From Prochlorococcus marinus subsp. pastoris str. CCMP1986 (GTDB lineage Bacteria; Cyanobacteriota; Cyanobacteriia; PCC-6307; Cyanobiaceae), in the NCBI RefSeq assembly GCF_000011465.1, contig NC_005072.1, forward strand, positions 720,001-752,000: DNA of 32,000 nt, written 5' to 3'. Shown here piece by piece: positions 1-10,433 of this stretch. The notes beneath the pieces are model-generated. The model had not been told where the DNA came from and ran no database searches. It worked only from the letters and a program-made list of their open reading frames with translations. Position 1 is the stretch's first letter; the number at the start of each line of letters is the position of its first letter. Both the position numbers and the translations under genes were made by a program.

Positions 1-987
1 ATCTCCATAATCTCTTTGAATGGCAACGATACTTTGGATTAGTTCATATGTGTCTTTATTTTCAACATAACCAAGTGGATCTGCAATTCTTGCAAAGGTC
101 TCTTCATTATTATGAGTTCGCCCCATACCTCCACCGATGTAAAAATTACATCCTTCGAATGATCCTTCTTTTGAGGTGAACGCAACTATTCCAATATCAT
201 TAGTGAGAAGGTCAACTGAATTATCACCTGGTACGGTAACAGCACATTTAAACTTTCTTGGTAAGTAGGTTGATCCATATAGAGGTTCTTTTTTAGTCCC
301 GCTAAAAACATTCTCTTTGAACTGTAATTTCCTATTCTCTTCAATCTCTTTATCTGGTTTTATCGTGTATTCCAAATCCCCGTCAGCCCATAGCTCTAAA
401 AAGGTTCCTTGCCCGGCCATAGGTGTTAAAAGATCAGCAACTTTTACTGCTAATGTTCTTGCGGTTATGTATTCTGCTGTTTCAAAAGGTGCGGCTGGAG
501 CCATGACGTTTCTATTGATGTCCCCACAGGCAGCTAAAGTCGAGCCCATGGAATTTACAATAGATTTAATTACTTCCTTCAAATTATCTTTTCTGATCCC
601 ATGCATTTGGAAGGCTTGTCTAGTTGTCACCCTGAGTGTGCCATTTCCAAGCTTATCAGATAACTCATCTAGAGATAGAAATAAATTTCCTGGGATTTCC
701 CCACCTGGACTTCTTAGTCTAAGCATCATCTGCCAATCTTTACTTTTACCAGGTTTTCTATTCTCTCTATTATCTTGTTGATAACTTCCATGGAATTTTA
801 ACAATTGAACGGCATCATTAGTAAAATGATCGCTTTCGTTTTTTAATTCGCTTGCAAGTGGCTCCTTGAGAAATTCGCTGCCTTTCTTGAAATTTTCAAA
901 TTTAGAAACCTCTAGACCATTTGCCAAACAAACTATCTCTTGTTTCGCGATCTCTTTTTTCTTTTTTACTTTTTCAACCTTGATCAA
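1..987 (-). CDS. sir: Ferredoxin-sulfite reductase, N-terminal part; runs off the left edge
   Basis: Reverse complement translates to ...IKVEKVKKKKEIAKQEIVCLANGLEVSKFENFKKGSEFLKEPLASELKNESDHFTNDAVQLLKFHGSYQQDNRENRKPGKSKDWQMMLRLRSPGGEIPG... and ...TPMAGQGTFLELWADGDLEYTIKP..., typical of sulfite/nitrite reductase N-terminal and central regions. No in-frame ATG lies upstream of the conserved part; the likely start is TTG at 985-987. Confidence 0.9.
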   Translation of the reverse strand, partial: MIKVEKVKKKKEIAKQEIVCLANGLEVSKFENFKKGSEFLKEPLASELKNESDHFTNDAVQLLKFHGSYQQDNRENRKPGKSKDWQMMLRLRSPGGEIPGNLFLSLDELSDKLGNGTLRVTTRQAFQMHGIRKDNLKEVIKSIVNSMGSTLAACGDINRNVMAPAAPFETAEYITARTLAVKVADLLTPMAGQGTFLELWADGDLEYTIKPDKEIEENRKLQFKENVFSGTKKEPLYGSTYLPRKFKCAVTVPGDNSVDLLTNDIGIVAFTSKEGSFEGCNFYIGGGMGRTHNNEETFARIADPLGYVENKDTYELIQSIVAIQRDYGD

Positions 988-1074
988 GGGACCAAAACAT
1001 ATCTCTTTTTATACATTAGCGAAAAGCTTATTTAACTGGTAGTAAATTATAGTTGTAATAGCCATAAATTATTC

Positions 1075-3237
1075 TTGTCTAAATATTTACTTGAGATAGG
1101 AACAGAAGAGTTACCATCAAAATTTTCTCATTCTGTAATAAACCAAATCAACTCTCTTATAGAATTTGAATTTGATAAGAAAATTATCAAATTTAATAAT
1201 ATTATTTGCACATCCACACCAAGAAGAATAGTTCTATTTCTAGAGGGATTAGTTGATCATGCGGATGATAAGACAGTAATAAGAAAAGGTCCAAAAGCTA
1301 ATTCTGCATTTCTTAATGGCATACCAACTAATGCTGCTATAGGTTTTGCAAATAGTTTAGGAATTACTATAGATGACTTAGAAATAAGAGAAACAGAAAA
1401 GGGTGAGTTTGTATTTGGAACAAAAATTGAGAAAGGAGAATCTACAAGATCTTCTTTATCTTCAATAATCCCTAAAGTAATAAAAAATTTGCAAGGCCCT
1501 CGTTTTATGAAATGGGGAGGTGGAAGCTTTAAATTTTCAAGACCAATCAGATGGATAGTCTCACTCTACAACGATGAAATTCTTGATTTTGAATTTAATG
1601 AATGTGATCCTAAGATTTCCATAGGCAATACATCAAAAAGTCATAGATTAATTAATAAAGTTATTGAAATACATTCTCCAGATAATTATTTTGAATTAAT
1701 GGCTAAGAATGGAGTTTTTGTTAAAAGAGAAGAAAGAAAAAAAGAAATTGTTAATCTCATAAATCAGGAATCTCAATTGGTGAATTTAGAGCCTGATCTT
1801 TCTGATAATTTACTTAACGAATTAACTGATTTAGTTGAGTCTGCTAATTTATTAACTAGTAACTTTGATAAGCAATTTCTTAATTTGCCTGTTGAGGTTC
1901 TCTCAACTGTAATGAAAAATCACCAAAGATATATTCCTCTTCTTAAAAAAAATAAAACATTTTCTAAATTAGATTTGAGTTCTGAAAAAGTTATAAGTAC
2001 AAATTTCTTTGTGTTATCAAATGGTCTTAGAGAATCTAATAATATTATTTCTAAGGGAAATGAAAAAGTCTTAAGGGCTAGATTCTCTGATGCGAAGTTT
2101 TTTGTAGAGAGTGACAAAAAAGTTTCTTCTAAAGAAAGGAATGAAAAACTTAAAACTGTTTCTTATTTGAAAGGTATGGGTAATGTTTTTCAGAGAGTAA
2201 AACGAATTGAGGCTACCTCAGAAAAGATACTTAATTATTTGAATGATCAATCTTTAGATACTGAAAAAATTAAAGAAGCTGCAAAGTACTGTAAAAACGA
2301 TTTGTGTAGTGAAATTGTTTATGAATTTCCTGAATTGCAAGGGATAATGGCGGGGAAATATTTACGTAATGAAGGTTTTAGCAAAGAAATTTGTATGGCT
2401 GTAGCAGAACATTATTTGCCTGGTTTTTATAAAGATGATTTACCCTCTACAAAATATGGAGCTATTATTTCTATCTCTGACAAAATAGAAACTTTGATAA
2501 GCATATTTATATCTGGGAAAAGACCAAGTGGTTCATCTGACCCATATGCACTAAGAAGAAATTTAAATGGGGTTATTCTAATTATTTGGCAATTTGAATT
2601 TGATTTGGATCTTGAAAATATTTTTGAGGAACTTCTTGAATATTGGAAAATTTCACTATCAAATTTGAAATTCGTGAAAGAAAAAGTTTTAAATGACTTA
2701 ATTGAATTTACTAATCAAAGAATCGTAAGCCATCTTGATGAATTATCAATCAGTAAAGATCTAATTAAAGCCACTTGTTTTATTGATTTATCAGCTGAAA
2801 GAAAAATAATGAATATTTTGGATTTAAAAAATAGAATTAATACTATTAACAATCTTAAAGGGACACCAAATTTTTCTGAAATTCAAAAAGTTATCTCGAG
2901 AGTTAGTAAATTGGCTGAAAGTGGAAATCTTAAAACAACAATTTTTTCACACAAATATTATGTAAATCCAGATCTGTTCGAAAAACAATGTGAAAATAAA
3001 GTATTTGAATTCATCAAAGAATTAGAAGAAATTATTAAATTAAGTAATTGGGATTATTTTCAACTATTTAAATTGTTCGAGGATAATTCTAATAATCTTA
3101 ATGAACTTTTTGATAACGAAAAGGGTGTTCTAATAATGACAGAAAATCTTGAAATTAGAAATAATCGTCTCAATTTATTAGGTTTGGTAAGGAACTACTC
3201 TTTAAAAATTGCTGACTTTACCCTTTTTAATTCTTAA
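1075..3237 (+). CDS. glyS: Glycyl-tRNA synthetase beta subunit
   Basis: 720-aa ORF beginning (TTG)SKYLLEIGTEELPSKF, with FMKWGGGSFKFSRPIRWIVSL and YALRRNLNGV motifs of GlyS. Confidence 0.97.
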   Translation: MSKYLLEIGTEELPSKFSHSVINQINSLIEFEFDKKIIKFNNIICTSTPRRIVLFLEGLVDHADDKTVIRKGPKANSAFLNGIPTNAAIGFANSLGITIDDLEIRETEKGEFVFGTKIEKGESTRSSLSSIIPKVIKNLQGPRFMKWGGGSFKFSRPIRWIVSLYNDEILDFEFNECDPKISIGNTSKSHRLINKVIEIHSPDNYFELMAKNGVFVKREERKKEIVNLINQESQLVNLEPDLSDNLLNELTDLVESANLLTSNFDKQFLNLPVEVLSTVMKNHQRYIPLLKKNKTFSKLDLSSEKVISTNFFVLSNGLRESNNIISKGNEKVLRARFSDAKFFVESDKKVSSKERNEKLKTVSYLKGMGNVFQRVKRIEATSEKILNYLNDQSLDTEKIKEAAKYCKNDLCSEIVYEFPELQGIMAGKYLRNEGFSKEICMAVAEHYLPGFYKDDLPSTKYGAIISISDKIETLISIFISGKRPSGSSDPYALRRNLNGVILIIWQFEFDLDLENIFEELLEYWKISLSNLKFVKEKVLNDLIEFTNQRIVSHLDELSISKDLIKATCFIDLSAERKIMNILDLKNRINTINNLKGTPNFSEIQKVISRVSKLAESGNLKTTIFSHKYYVNPDLFEKQCENKVFEFIKELEEIIKLSNWDYFQLFKLFEDNSNNLNELFDNEKGVLIMTENLEIRNNRLNLLGLVRNYSLKIADFTLFNS

Positions 3238-4558
3238 CTTTAATTCCACCTTTAATTGAATAGTTCTTTAACATTTTTTCAACTTCTTTTTCTTCTCTTA
3301 CAGCACTATTAACTGGTTTATACTTTAGTGGTGCTAGTGCTTTTCCTCTTAAAATTGATCCAAGAGTAAGCATGGTAAGTTTAATTTGCTGAAGGGGTTT
3401 CATCGCAACAACTCGTTTATACAGGTAACTATCAAAAGTGAGTCTTTGAACATCCATGTCATCACACATTTCTACAAAAGCTTCTCTAGCCGAATCATTT
3501 CTATAAAAAATATTTTGAAGAATTTCTAGTACCTTGTAAGTTGTTCCATATTTTTTGTCCCATTTTTTTAAATAATTTTTTAAATCTTTTTCTGATGGAA
3601 TTTCTTGCCCATTTTTTGAAGCTTCAACTATTTCTTCAGCACACATTCTTCCACTTTTAGCAGCAAAATAAATACCTTCTCCAGAGCTTTTTGTTACATA
3701 ACCTGCTGCATCTCCTACCAGAGCCATTCTACCTACAACTCTTCGAGGTCTTGGATGCTCAGGAATAGGATGTGCTTCAACTTTTATAACTTCACCATTC
3801 ACAAGCCTTTTTTTTGCTCTATTCCTTACTCCTTCTTGAAGGCCTTTTATTAAGGATTGGTTTTTTTGCATTGTACCTGTCCCGACTGCGACATGATCAT
3901 ATTTAGGAAATACCCAACCATAAAAATCAGGAGAAACATCTGTTCCTACATACATCTCCGCGAGATCTTCGTAGTAACTCATTTCTTCTTTAGGCAATTT
4001 AATTCTTTCTTGGAATGCAATTGCTACTTTGTAATCGCCAGCATCCATAGCTTTAGCAACTCTGCTGTTGGCCCCGTCAGCTCCTATTAAGAGATCTACA
4101 GTTAACTCTTTAAGTTCTCCTTTCTTGTCTCCAGAAGAAAAATCTGAATATGAAAGTTTGTATGGACCTTGATTATCATTCCCAGTATCAATTGAAGTAA
4201 CTAATCCATTAATTAATGTTGCCCCAAGTTCAGAAGCTCTGTTTCTCATAAATGCATCCATTACCTCTCTTCTGCACATTCCTATATATTCATTATCACT
4301 TTTGCCATAAACATTATCCAAGCTAATATCAACTTCTCTATTAGAGGGAGATATCATTTTCATATGTCTTACTTTTCTATCTATAATAGTTTCTGGCAAG
4401 TCAAATTCCTCAACCATACAAAGAGGAATGGCTCCTCCACAAGGTTTTGCATTATCTAATTTTCTTTCAAAAAGCCAAGTTTTTATACCAGATTTAGCAA
4501 GTATTTCAGCAGCACATGAACCACTTGGTCCTCCACCGATAACAGCAACTCTCAACAT
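3227..4558 (-). CDS. chlP: Geranylgeranyl diphosphate/chlorophyllide reductase
   Basis: 443-aa ORF; N-terminal FAD GxGxxG motif (VIGGGPSGSCAAEILAKSGI), KPCGGAIP, LIGADGANSRVAKAM, GDAAGYVTKSSGEGIYFAAKSGR typical of ChlP. Confidence 0.96.
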   Translation of the reverse strand: MLRVAVIGGGPSGSCAAEILAKSGIKTWLFERKLDNAKPCGGAIPLCMVEEFDLPETIIDRKVRHMKMISPSNREVDISLDNVYGKSDNEYIGMCRREVMDAFMRNRASELGATLINGLVTSIDTGNDNQGPYKLSYSDFSSGDKKGELKELTVDLLIGADGANSRVAKAMDAGDYKVAIAFQERIKLPKEEMSYYEDLAEMYVGTDVSPDFYGWVFPKYDHVAVGTGTMQKNQSLIKGLQEGVRNRAKKRLVNGEVIKVEAHPIPEHPRPRRVVGRMALVGDAAGYVTKSSGEGIYFAAKSGRMCAEEIVEASKNGQEIPSEKDLKNYLKKWDKKYGTTYKVLEILQNIFYRNDSAREAFVEMCDDMDVQRLTFDSYLYKRVVAMKPLQQIKLTMLTLGSILRGKALAPLKYKPVNSAVREEKEVEKMLKNYSIKGGIKVKN

Positions 4559-4668
4559 ATCAAAAAAAAATTGTATCCTATTAAAAAACTACATCAATTT
4601 TCTTATAAAAGTGCATTTCGTAAATTAATAGTTAATATCGAAATATCTTTTGAATTAATAATTTTATA

Positions 4669-5400
4669 TTGAAAAAAAAGAATCCTATAAATGAAGATAT
4701 TGAGATACAAGTTGCTGAAAGAATAATCTTAAATGAAAATAATTTTAAATTCAAGAAATATAATTTATTCATAGCTTTTTTTCTAATATTTTTATTACCT
4801 TTTATTGGCTTGGAAATTATTAGTAATTTTAAATTAAATCTGAATGGAGTTAATAAAGCCAAAAAATTTTTAAATAATGATCTTAGTATTTTGGGCCATT
4901 TACCCTACAAGGAAATTTCAAAAGAAAAATTGGTTTCTATTGAACCTAATATTCAAGTTCATATCGACATGAGTGAAGCTCTTCTTAAAATGAGGGAGGA
5001 TGCTATAAAAGATGGAATATATTTGGTATTCCTAAGTGGTTATAGATCAATAAATTTGCAAAAAGAAATTTTTTATTCATTAAAATCTATGAGAAATCAG
5101 ATTGCTGCTGAGAGGGCTAAGGTCTCAGCACCTCCTGGATATTCTGAGCACAGTACTGGCTTTGCTATTGATATTGGAGATGCTGATAAAAGAGAAACAG
5201 ACTTTGAAGTTCAATTTGAGAACACGGATGCTTTTAGATGGCTTAAAAAAAATGCAGCTAAGTACCACTTCAAATTATCTTTTACACAAAATAATAAAAA
5301 TGTTGATTATGAGCCTTGGCACTGGAGATATGAGGGGTCAATTGAAGCACTTAAAGTTTTTGAAGCATCAAATAGGAATTTGAAAAAGCTACAAAATTGA
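4669..5400 (+). CDS. VanY/LdcB-type D-alanyl-D-alanine carboxypeptidase (peptidase M15), membrane-anchored
   Basis: One N-terminal TM segment (LFIAFFLIFLLPFIGLEI), then SGYRS, PPGYSEHSTGFAIDIG and WHWRYEG M15B zinc-site motifs. Starts with TTG at 4669. Confidence 0.85.
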   Translation: MKKKNPINEDIEIQVAERIILNENNFKFKKYNLFIAFFLIFLLPFIGLEIISNFKLNLNGVNKAKKFLNNDLSILGHLPYKEISKEKLVSIEPNIQVHIDMSEALLKMREDAIKDGIYLVFLSGYRSINLQKEIFYSLKSMRNQIAAERAKVSAPPGYSEHSTGFAIDIGDADKRETDFEVQFENTDAFRWLKKNAAKYHFKLSFTQNNKNVDYEPWHWRYEGSIEALKVFEASNRNLKKLQN

Positions 5401-5512
5401 AATACTAATAACAATTTTTTATATGATTTTCAAAGTCTTATGGGCAAATCTTTCAGAATAAGCATTCTTTGAGTTAGCCTTAATATATTAATTATTGGTT
5501 TGCAATTTTTAG

Positions 5513-7315
5513 ATGTCAGTTTCAATTAAAGAAATAAGAAATGTAGCAATTATAGCCCATGTAGATCATGGAAAAACAACCCTAGTCGATGCATTATTAT
5601 CTCAATCTGGAATATTTAGAGATAACGAAGTAGTTCCAACTTGTGTAATGGATTCAAATGATCTCGAGAGAGAAAGAGGTATAACAATACTTTCAAAAAA
5701 TACGGCTGTTAATTATAAAAACACGAGAATCAATATTATCGATACACCTGGACATGCTGACTTTGGAGGAGAGGTTGAGAGGGTTTTGGGCATGGTTGAT
5801 GGTTGTTTATTAATCGTTGATGCTAATGAGGGTCCAATGCCACAAACAAGGTTTGTATTAAAAAAAGCTTTAGAAAAAGGTCTTAGACCTATAGTTTTTG
5901 TAAATAAAATTGATAGGCCTAGAGTAGTCCCAGAAATTGCTGTGGATAAAGTTCTTGATTTGTTCCTTGAATTAGGTGCAGATGATGATCAATGTGATTT
6001 TCCTTATTTATTCGGTAGTGGATTATCTGGTTTCGCAAAAGAAGAAATGGAATCTAATAATGATAATATGATGCCCCTTTTTGAAGCTATTCTTAGGCAT
6101 GTTCCACCACCTGTAGGGGATCTAAACAAGCCTCTGCAGCTTCAAATTACAACTTTGGATTATTCTGATTTCTTAGGAAGAATTGTGATTGGAAAGATTC
6201 ATAATGGAACTATAAAAAATGGCCAACAAGCAAGCCTAATAAAAGAAAGTGGGAAAACTATCAAGGGTAAAGTAAGTAAACTTTTAGGATTCGAAGGATT
6301 ACAAAGAATTGATATTAATGAGGCCTTTGCAGGAGATATTGTTGCAGTTTCAGGTTTTGATGATGTAAATATTGGAGAAACGATTGCTTGTCCTGATTCT
6401 CCTCATCCACTTCCTTTAATTAAAGTTGACGAACCTACACTAAACATGACCTTTGTTGTGAATGATTCTCCATTTGCGGGTAAAGAAGGGAAATTCGTTA
6501 CGAGTAGACAATTAAAAAATAGATTAGAGAGGGAATTATTAACTAACGTAGCCCTAAGAGTTGAAGAAACCGATTCTCCAGATAGATTTTCTGTCTCTGG
6601 GAGAGGTGAGCTTCATTTAGGGATTTTAATTGAAACAATGAGAAGAGAAGGTTTTGAATTCCAAATCTCGCAACCGCAAGTTATTTTTAGAGAAATTGAT
6701 GATGTTCAATGCGAACCCATAGAAACATTAGTCTTAGATGTTCCAGAAGTAGCGGTTGGCTCTTGTATTGAAAAACTGGGATCAAGAAAAGCTGAGATGA
6801 AAAACATGCAGACAAGTTCAGATGGAAGAACCCAGTTAGAATTTCTTGTACCATCAAGAGGACTTATAGGATTTCGTGGTGAATTTGTTCGAATAACTAG
6901 AGGTGAAGGAATTATGAGTCACTCTTTTTATGAATATAAACCTAAAGCTGGAGATTTTGAAACGAGAAGAAATGGTGTTCTTATTTCTTTTGAAGAGGGT
7001 GTCGCTACTTTCTATGCTTTAAAAAATGCTGAAGATAGAGGTGTTTATTTTATCAAACCAGGAGTGAAAGTTTATAAAGGTATGATTATTGGCGAGAATA
7101 ATAGGTCACAAGATTTAGAGTTAAATATCTGTAAAACAAAGCAATTGACTAATATGAGATCTGCTGGAGCAGAAGAGTTAGATACTTTACAATCTCCAGT
7201 TGATATTACACTTGAGAGAGCTCTTGAATATATAGGTCCTGATGAAATGTTAGAGGTGACGCCGGATTCAATAAGAATGAGGAAATTAAATAAAAAGAAG
7301 ACAATGAAAAAATAA
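5513..7315 (+). CDS. typA: Ribosome-associated GTPase TypA/BipA
   Basis: 600-aa ORF with [37 protein letters not shown] and a C-terminal GLIGFRGEF region. Confidence 0.98.
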   Translation: MSVSIKEIRNVAIIAHVDHGKTTLVDALLSQSGIFRDNEVVPTCVMDSNDLERERGITILSKNTAVNYKNTRINIIDTPGHADFGGEVERVLGMVDGCLLIVDANEGPMPQTRFVLKKALEKGLRPIVFVNKIDRPRVVPEIAVDKVLDLFLELGADDDQCDFPYLFGSGLSGFAKEEMESNNDNMMPLFEAILRHVPPPVGDLNKPLQLQITTLDYSDFLGRIVIGKIHNGTIKNGQQASLIKESGKTIKGKVSKLLGFEGLQRIDINEAFAGDIVAVSGFDDVNIGETIACPDSPHPLPLIKVDEPTLNMTFVVNDSPFAGKEGKFVTSRQLKNRLERELLTNVALRVEETDSPDRFSVSGRGELHLGILIETMRREGFEFQISQPQVIFREIDDVQCEPIETLVLDVPEVAVGSCIEKLGSRKAEMKNMQTSSDGRTQLEFLVPSRGLIGFRGEFVRITRGEGIMSHSFYEYKPKAGDFETRRNGVLISFEEGVATFYALKNAEDRGVYFIKPGVKVYKGMIIGENNRSQDLELNICKTKQLTNMRSAGAEELDTLQSPVDITLERALEYIGPDEMLEVTPDSIRMRKLNKKKTMKK

Positions 7316-7321
7316 AATATT

Positions 7322-7705
7322 ATGAGAGAAGAAGATATTAAAAGTTTTGAGGATGCTTTTTTTGATGCTTTAAATCTCTTTAATAATCAAAAATGGTATG
7401 AAGCTCATGATGCCTTTGAGGACATATGGAATACTCTTGAAGGAGATGAGAGACAAATAATACAAGGAATAATCCAAGTATCTGTCTCTCAATTTCATTT
7501 AAGTAAAGGGAATTTAAATGGTGCGACTATCTTAATGGGTGAAGGCTTAGGTAGGATAAAAAACAGAACTAATATTGATTTAGGAGTAGATCTCGTATCT
7601 TTTTGCAAATGTCTTGATGAATTATTAAGAAAACTTCAATATAAAGAGGAATTAACTAAAAATGATAAACCTTATCTACTGATAAAAGAGCAAAATGAAT
7701 TTTGA
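7322..7705 (+). CDS. DUF309 family protein
   Basis: 127-aa ORF with FNNQKWYEAHDAFEDIWNTLEGDERQIIQGIIQVSVSQFHLSKGNLNGA, characteristic of DUF309. Confidence 0.85.
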   Translation: MREEDIKSFEDAFFDALNLFNNQKWYEAHDAFEDIWNTLEGDERQIIQGIIQVSVSQFHLSKGNLNGATILMGEGLGRIKNRTNIDLGVDLVSFCKCLDELLRKLQYKEELTKNDKPYLLIKEQNEF

Positions 7706-8423
7706 AATAAAAAACGTCTTTCTTACTATTGAAGGAAAATCCATAGTTAATGATGTTTCAATAAAGGTTTGCCCAGGCGAAATTGTAGGTTTAATGGGAC
7801 CAAATGGTGCAGGTAAAACATCTACTTTTAATCTTGCGGTGGGCAATTTAAGACCTGATAAGGGAGATATATTAATAAATAGCAAATCTATAAAAAATTT
7901 ACCTTTGCCTATTAGAGCAAAACTTGGTTTAGGATATTTAACTCAAGAAGCAAGTATCTTTAGAGATTTAACAGTTAAAGAAAATATTGACTTAGCATTA
8001 GAAAATTCATTTTCTAGTAGAGCAATAGTAAGAAATAAGAGAGAAAAAATAATTAATGAATTTAATCTGAATAAAGTTGTTGATAATTATGGTTATCAAT
8101 TATCAGGAGGGGAGAGAAGACGGTGTGAAATAGCAAGAGCTCTATCAGTAGGTAGACAAGGACCTAAATATTTACTTTTGGATGAACCTTTTGCAGGGAT
8201 CGACCCCTTAGCTGTAAATGATTTAAAAAAACTTATTATTAAACTTAGGGATAATGGAATGGGAATTCTTATAACAGATCATAATGTAAGAGAGACTTTG
8301 TTAATTACAAGTAAATCATATGTTTTAAGTGAAGGAAAGATTCTTGCTCATGGATCATCTGATGAACTTGCAAATAATCAAATAGTGAAAAAGTTTTATT
8401 TGGGGGTTGATTTTCAGCTTTAA
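7695..8423 (+). CDS. lptB: LPS export ABC transporter ATP-binding protein
   Basis: 242-aa ABC ATPase: GPNGAGKTS, LSGGERRRCEIARAL, LLLDEPFAGIDPLAV, ITDHNVRETL. Overlaps the preceding ORF by 11 nt. Confidence 0.93.
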   Translation: MNFEIKNVFLTIEGKSIVNDVSIKVCPGEIVGLMGPNGAGKTSTFNLAVGNLRPDKGDILINSKSIKNLPLPIRAKLGLGYLTQEASIFRDLTVKENIDLALENSFSSRAIVRNKREKIINEFNLNKVVDNYGYQLSGGERRRCEIARALSVGRQGPKYLLLDEPFAGIDPLAVNDLKKLIIKLRDNGMGILITDHNVRETLLITSKSYVLSEGKILAHGSSDELANNQIVKKFYLGVDFQL

Positions 8424-8535
8424 GTACTTAATTAAGAAATAAATTTAAATTAAAATAATTGATAAAATCATGAATTTTTTATTTTTTTTTATTATTTTAT
8501 AATTAAGTAAACTTATACAGTTTTATATTTTACTA

Positions 8536-9480
8536 ATGATATTTGATGGTTTTATCAAAAATTTTATTTACGATCCAGTATCTTTTATAGGCATTTTAAT
8601 TTTTTATTTTTTATTAATTAATTTGCCTATTTCTCTAATATCGTTATTTAATAAAAAATCCTCTTCTTATGTGAGACTAATTACAATCTTAATTAATCTC
8701 TTTATAGCTTTACAGCTTATCTCAAGATGGATAATCTCTGGACATTTTCCAATAAGTAATTTATATGAATCTCTTTATTTCTTAGTTTGGGGCATAACTT
8801 TAGGTCAATTATTAATTGAGAAAGAATACTCGACTCCGATAATCCCGGCAATAGCAATACCTATTGAACTTTTAACTATAGCTTTTGCTTGCTTTGTTTT
8901 GCCTGAAGATTTAAAGCTATCATCTAATCTTGTCCCAGCATTAAGATCAAGTTGGTTAGTTATGCATGTAAGCGTAGTCATGCTAAGTTATGCCGCCCTT
9001 ATCATGGGCTCTTTACTATCAGCTTCTGTACTCTTTATCAATAATAGTCAACCTCTTCAACTTAGAAGTAGTTCTATGGGTGTAGGCGGTTTCAAAATAT
9101 CTAATTCATACTCGACCAACAATGTCATTGAGCCTATAAATTTTTCTCATTCTGAGGAATTAGATACTCTTAGTTATCGATCTATATTAGTAGGATTTGT
9201 TCTTCTCACTCTTGGCTTAATTACTGGAGCTATCTGGGCTAATGAAGCTTGGGGAACTTGGTGGAGTTGGGATCCTAAGGAGACTTGGGCTTTCATTTCT
9301 TGGTTATTTTATGCTGCCTATTTGCATATGAGAATAAGTAGGGGTTGGCAAGGTAGAAGACCAGCATTACTTGCTACTTCTGGCTTTTTTGTCGTATTAA
9401 TATGTTACATAGGAGTAAATTTCTTAGGTGTGGGTTTGCACAGTTATGGTTGGATATTTGGAATATTTAATTTGTTTTAA
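8536..9480 (+). CDS. ccsA: Cytochrome c biogenesis protein CcsA (System II, CcmC/ResC-type)
   Basis: Polytopic 314-aa ORF with tryptophan-rich heme-handling motif [23 protein letters not shown]. Confidence 0.93.
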   Translation: MIFDGFIKNFIYDPVSFIGILIFYFLLINLPISLISLFNKKSSSYVRLITILINLFIALQLISRWIISGHFPISNLYESLYFLVWGITLGQLLIEKEYSTPIIPAIAIPIELLTIAFACFVLPEDLKLSSNLVPALRSSWLVMHVSVVMLSYAALIMGSLLSASVLFINNSQPLQLRSSSMGVGGFKISNSYSTNNVIEPINFSHSEELDTLSYRSILVGFVLLTLGLITGAIWANEAWGTWWSWDPKETWAFISWLFYAAYLHMRISRGWQGRRPALLATSGFFVVLICYIGVNFLGVGLHSYGWIFGIFNLF

Positions 9481-9490
9481 ATTCCAGTTA

Positions 9491-10246
9491 TTAAGGCTCT
9501 GAAATTATCTTTCCATTTTGCGCATCTAAAGCAACTGACCTTAATTCATCACAACCCTCTTTTAATGTTGGATAAGCAAACATCCCACTTCCTGCAATAA
9601 AACAATTAGCACCAGCTTCTGCACATTGCGAAATGGTCCAATTTGCTTTTATTCCGCCATCAACTTCAATATCTACATTTAAATTCTTTTCAATTACGAA
9701 GTTTCTAATTTTTCTTATTTTATTTAACATTGTTGGGATGTAAGCTTGTCCACCAAATCCTGGATTAACGGTCATTACTAAGACATGATCAACCATATCC
9801 ATAATGTTTTCGATCATTTCAAATGGCGTGTGAGGATTTAATGCAACCGATGGTGATCCTCCAAGGTCTCTTATCTTTCCAAGAACTCTATGAAGGTGAA
9901 CATTAGCTTCAGCATGAGCTATGACAACTCCAGGCTCTCCATTAGGACCTTTGGTAGCTTTTACATATGCCTCAAGCATGGTCTCACAATTATATTGGCT
10001 TACCATTAATTGAGTCTCAAAAGGAACTTCGCAATATTTTCTACATGCAGCAATCATTTCAGGACCAAATGTAAGATTTGGTACAAAATTTCCATCCATG
10101 ACATCAAATTGAATACGATCTACACCTGCTTCTTCAAGATCTTTAACGCATGCCCCCATATTTGCCCAGTCTGCTGGTAGTACGGAAGGAATTATTTGAA
10201 TTGGTCGATTAACACCTACAGAATTTTTAGAGTTAGTTTCGGGCAT
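9491..10246 (-). CDS. rpe: Ribulose-phosphate 3-epimerase
   Basis: 251-aa ORF: PSVLPADWANMG, DVMDGNFVPNLTFGP, VMTVNPGFGGQ, NLNVDIEVDGGI. Confidence 0.97.
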   Translation of the reverse strand: MPETNSKNSVGVNRPIQIIPSVLPADWANMGACVKDLEEAGVDRIQFDVMDGNFVPNLTFGPEMIAACRKYCEVPFETQLMVSQYNCETMLEAYVKATKGPNGEPGVVIAHAEANVHLHRVLGKIRDLGGSPSVALNPHTPFEMIENIMDMVDHVLVMTVNPGFGGQAYIPTMLNKIRKIRNFVIEKNLNVDIEVDGGIKANWTISQCAEAGANCFIAGSGMFAYPTLKEGCDELRSVALDAQNGKIISEP

Positions 10247-10365
10247 TTTATTTTTAAAATATTTAATAAAGATACTATATTTGGTTGCTTATTCCTAATT
10301 TCAAGTCACGGCCTGATAAAGTAACACCTGCAAAGAGTTAAAAAAAACTAATAAGCAAATTAATT

Positions 10366-10391
10366 CTCATAAAAAAGGCATTTTTTATGAG
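10366..10391. other. Perfect inverted repeat/hairpin, 11-bp stem and 4-nt loop, between rpe and glpX
   Basis: ctcataaaaaa-ggca-ttttttatgag; extendable by one T-A pair. Lies in the divergent rpe/glpX intergenic region, in the presumed glpX leader. Confidence 0.6.
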
Positions 10392-10433
10392 AGTATGTTT
10401 TAAACCTCTTAGAAAATCTTTTAAAATTTAATT

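Noticed and set aside
317-781. 154-aa plus-strand ORF in the track
   Set aside because: Antisense to the strongly supported sir coding sequence; its translation lacks recognisable family features.
5102-5383. 93-aa plus-strand ORF overlapping the VanY-like gene
   Set aside because: Out-of-frame shadow of the M15 peptidase, whose zinc motifs are intact in the main frame.
8424-8535. Poly-T/A stretches between lptB and ccsA as a repeat array
   Set aside because: No repeating unit; consistent with ordinary AT-rich intergenic DNA.
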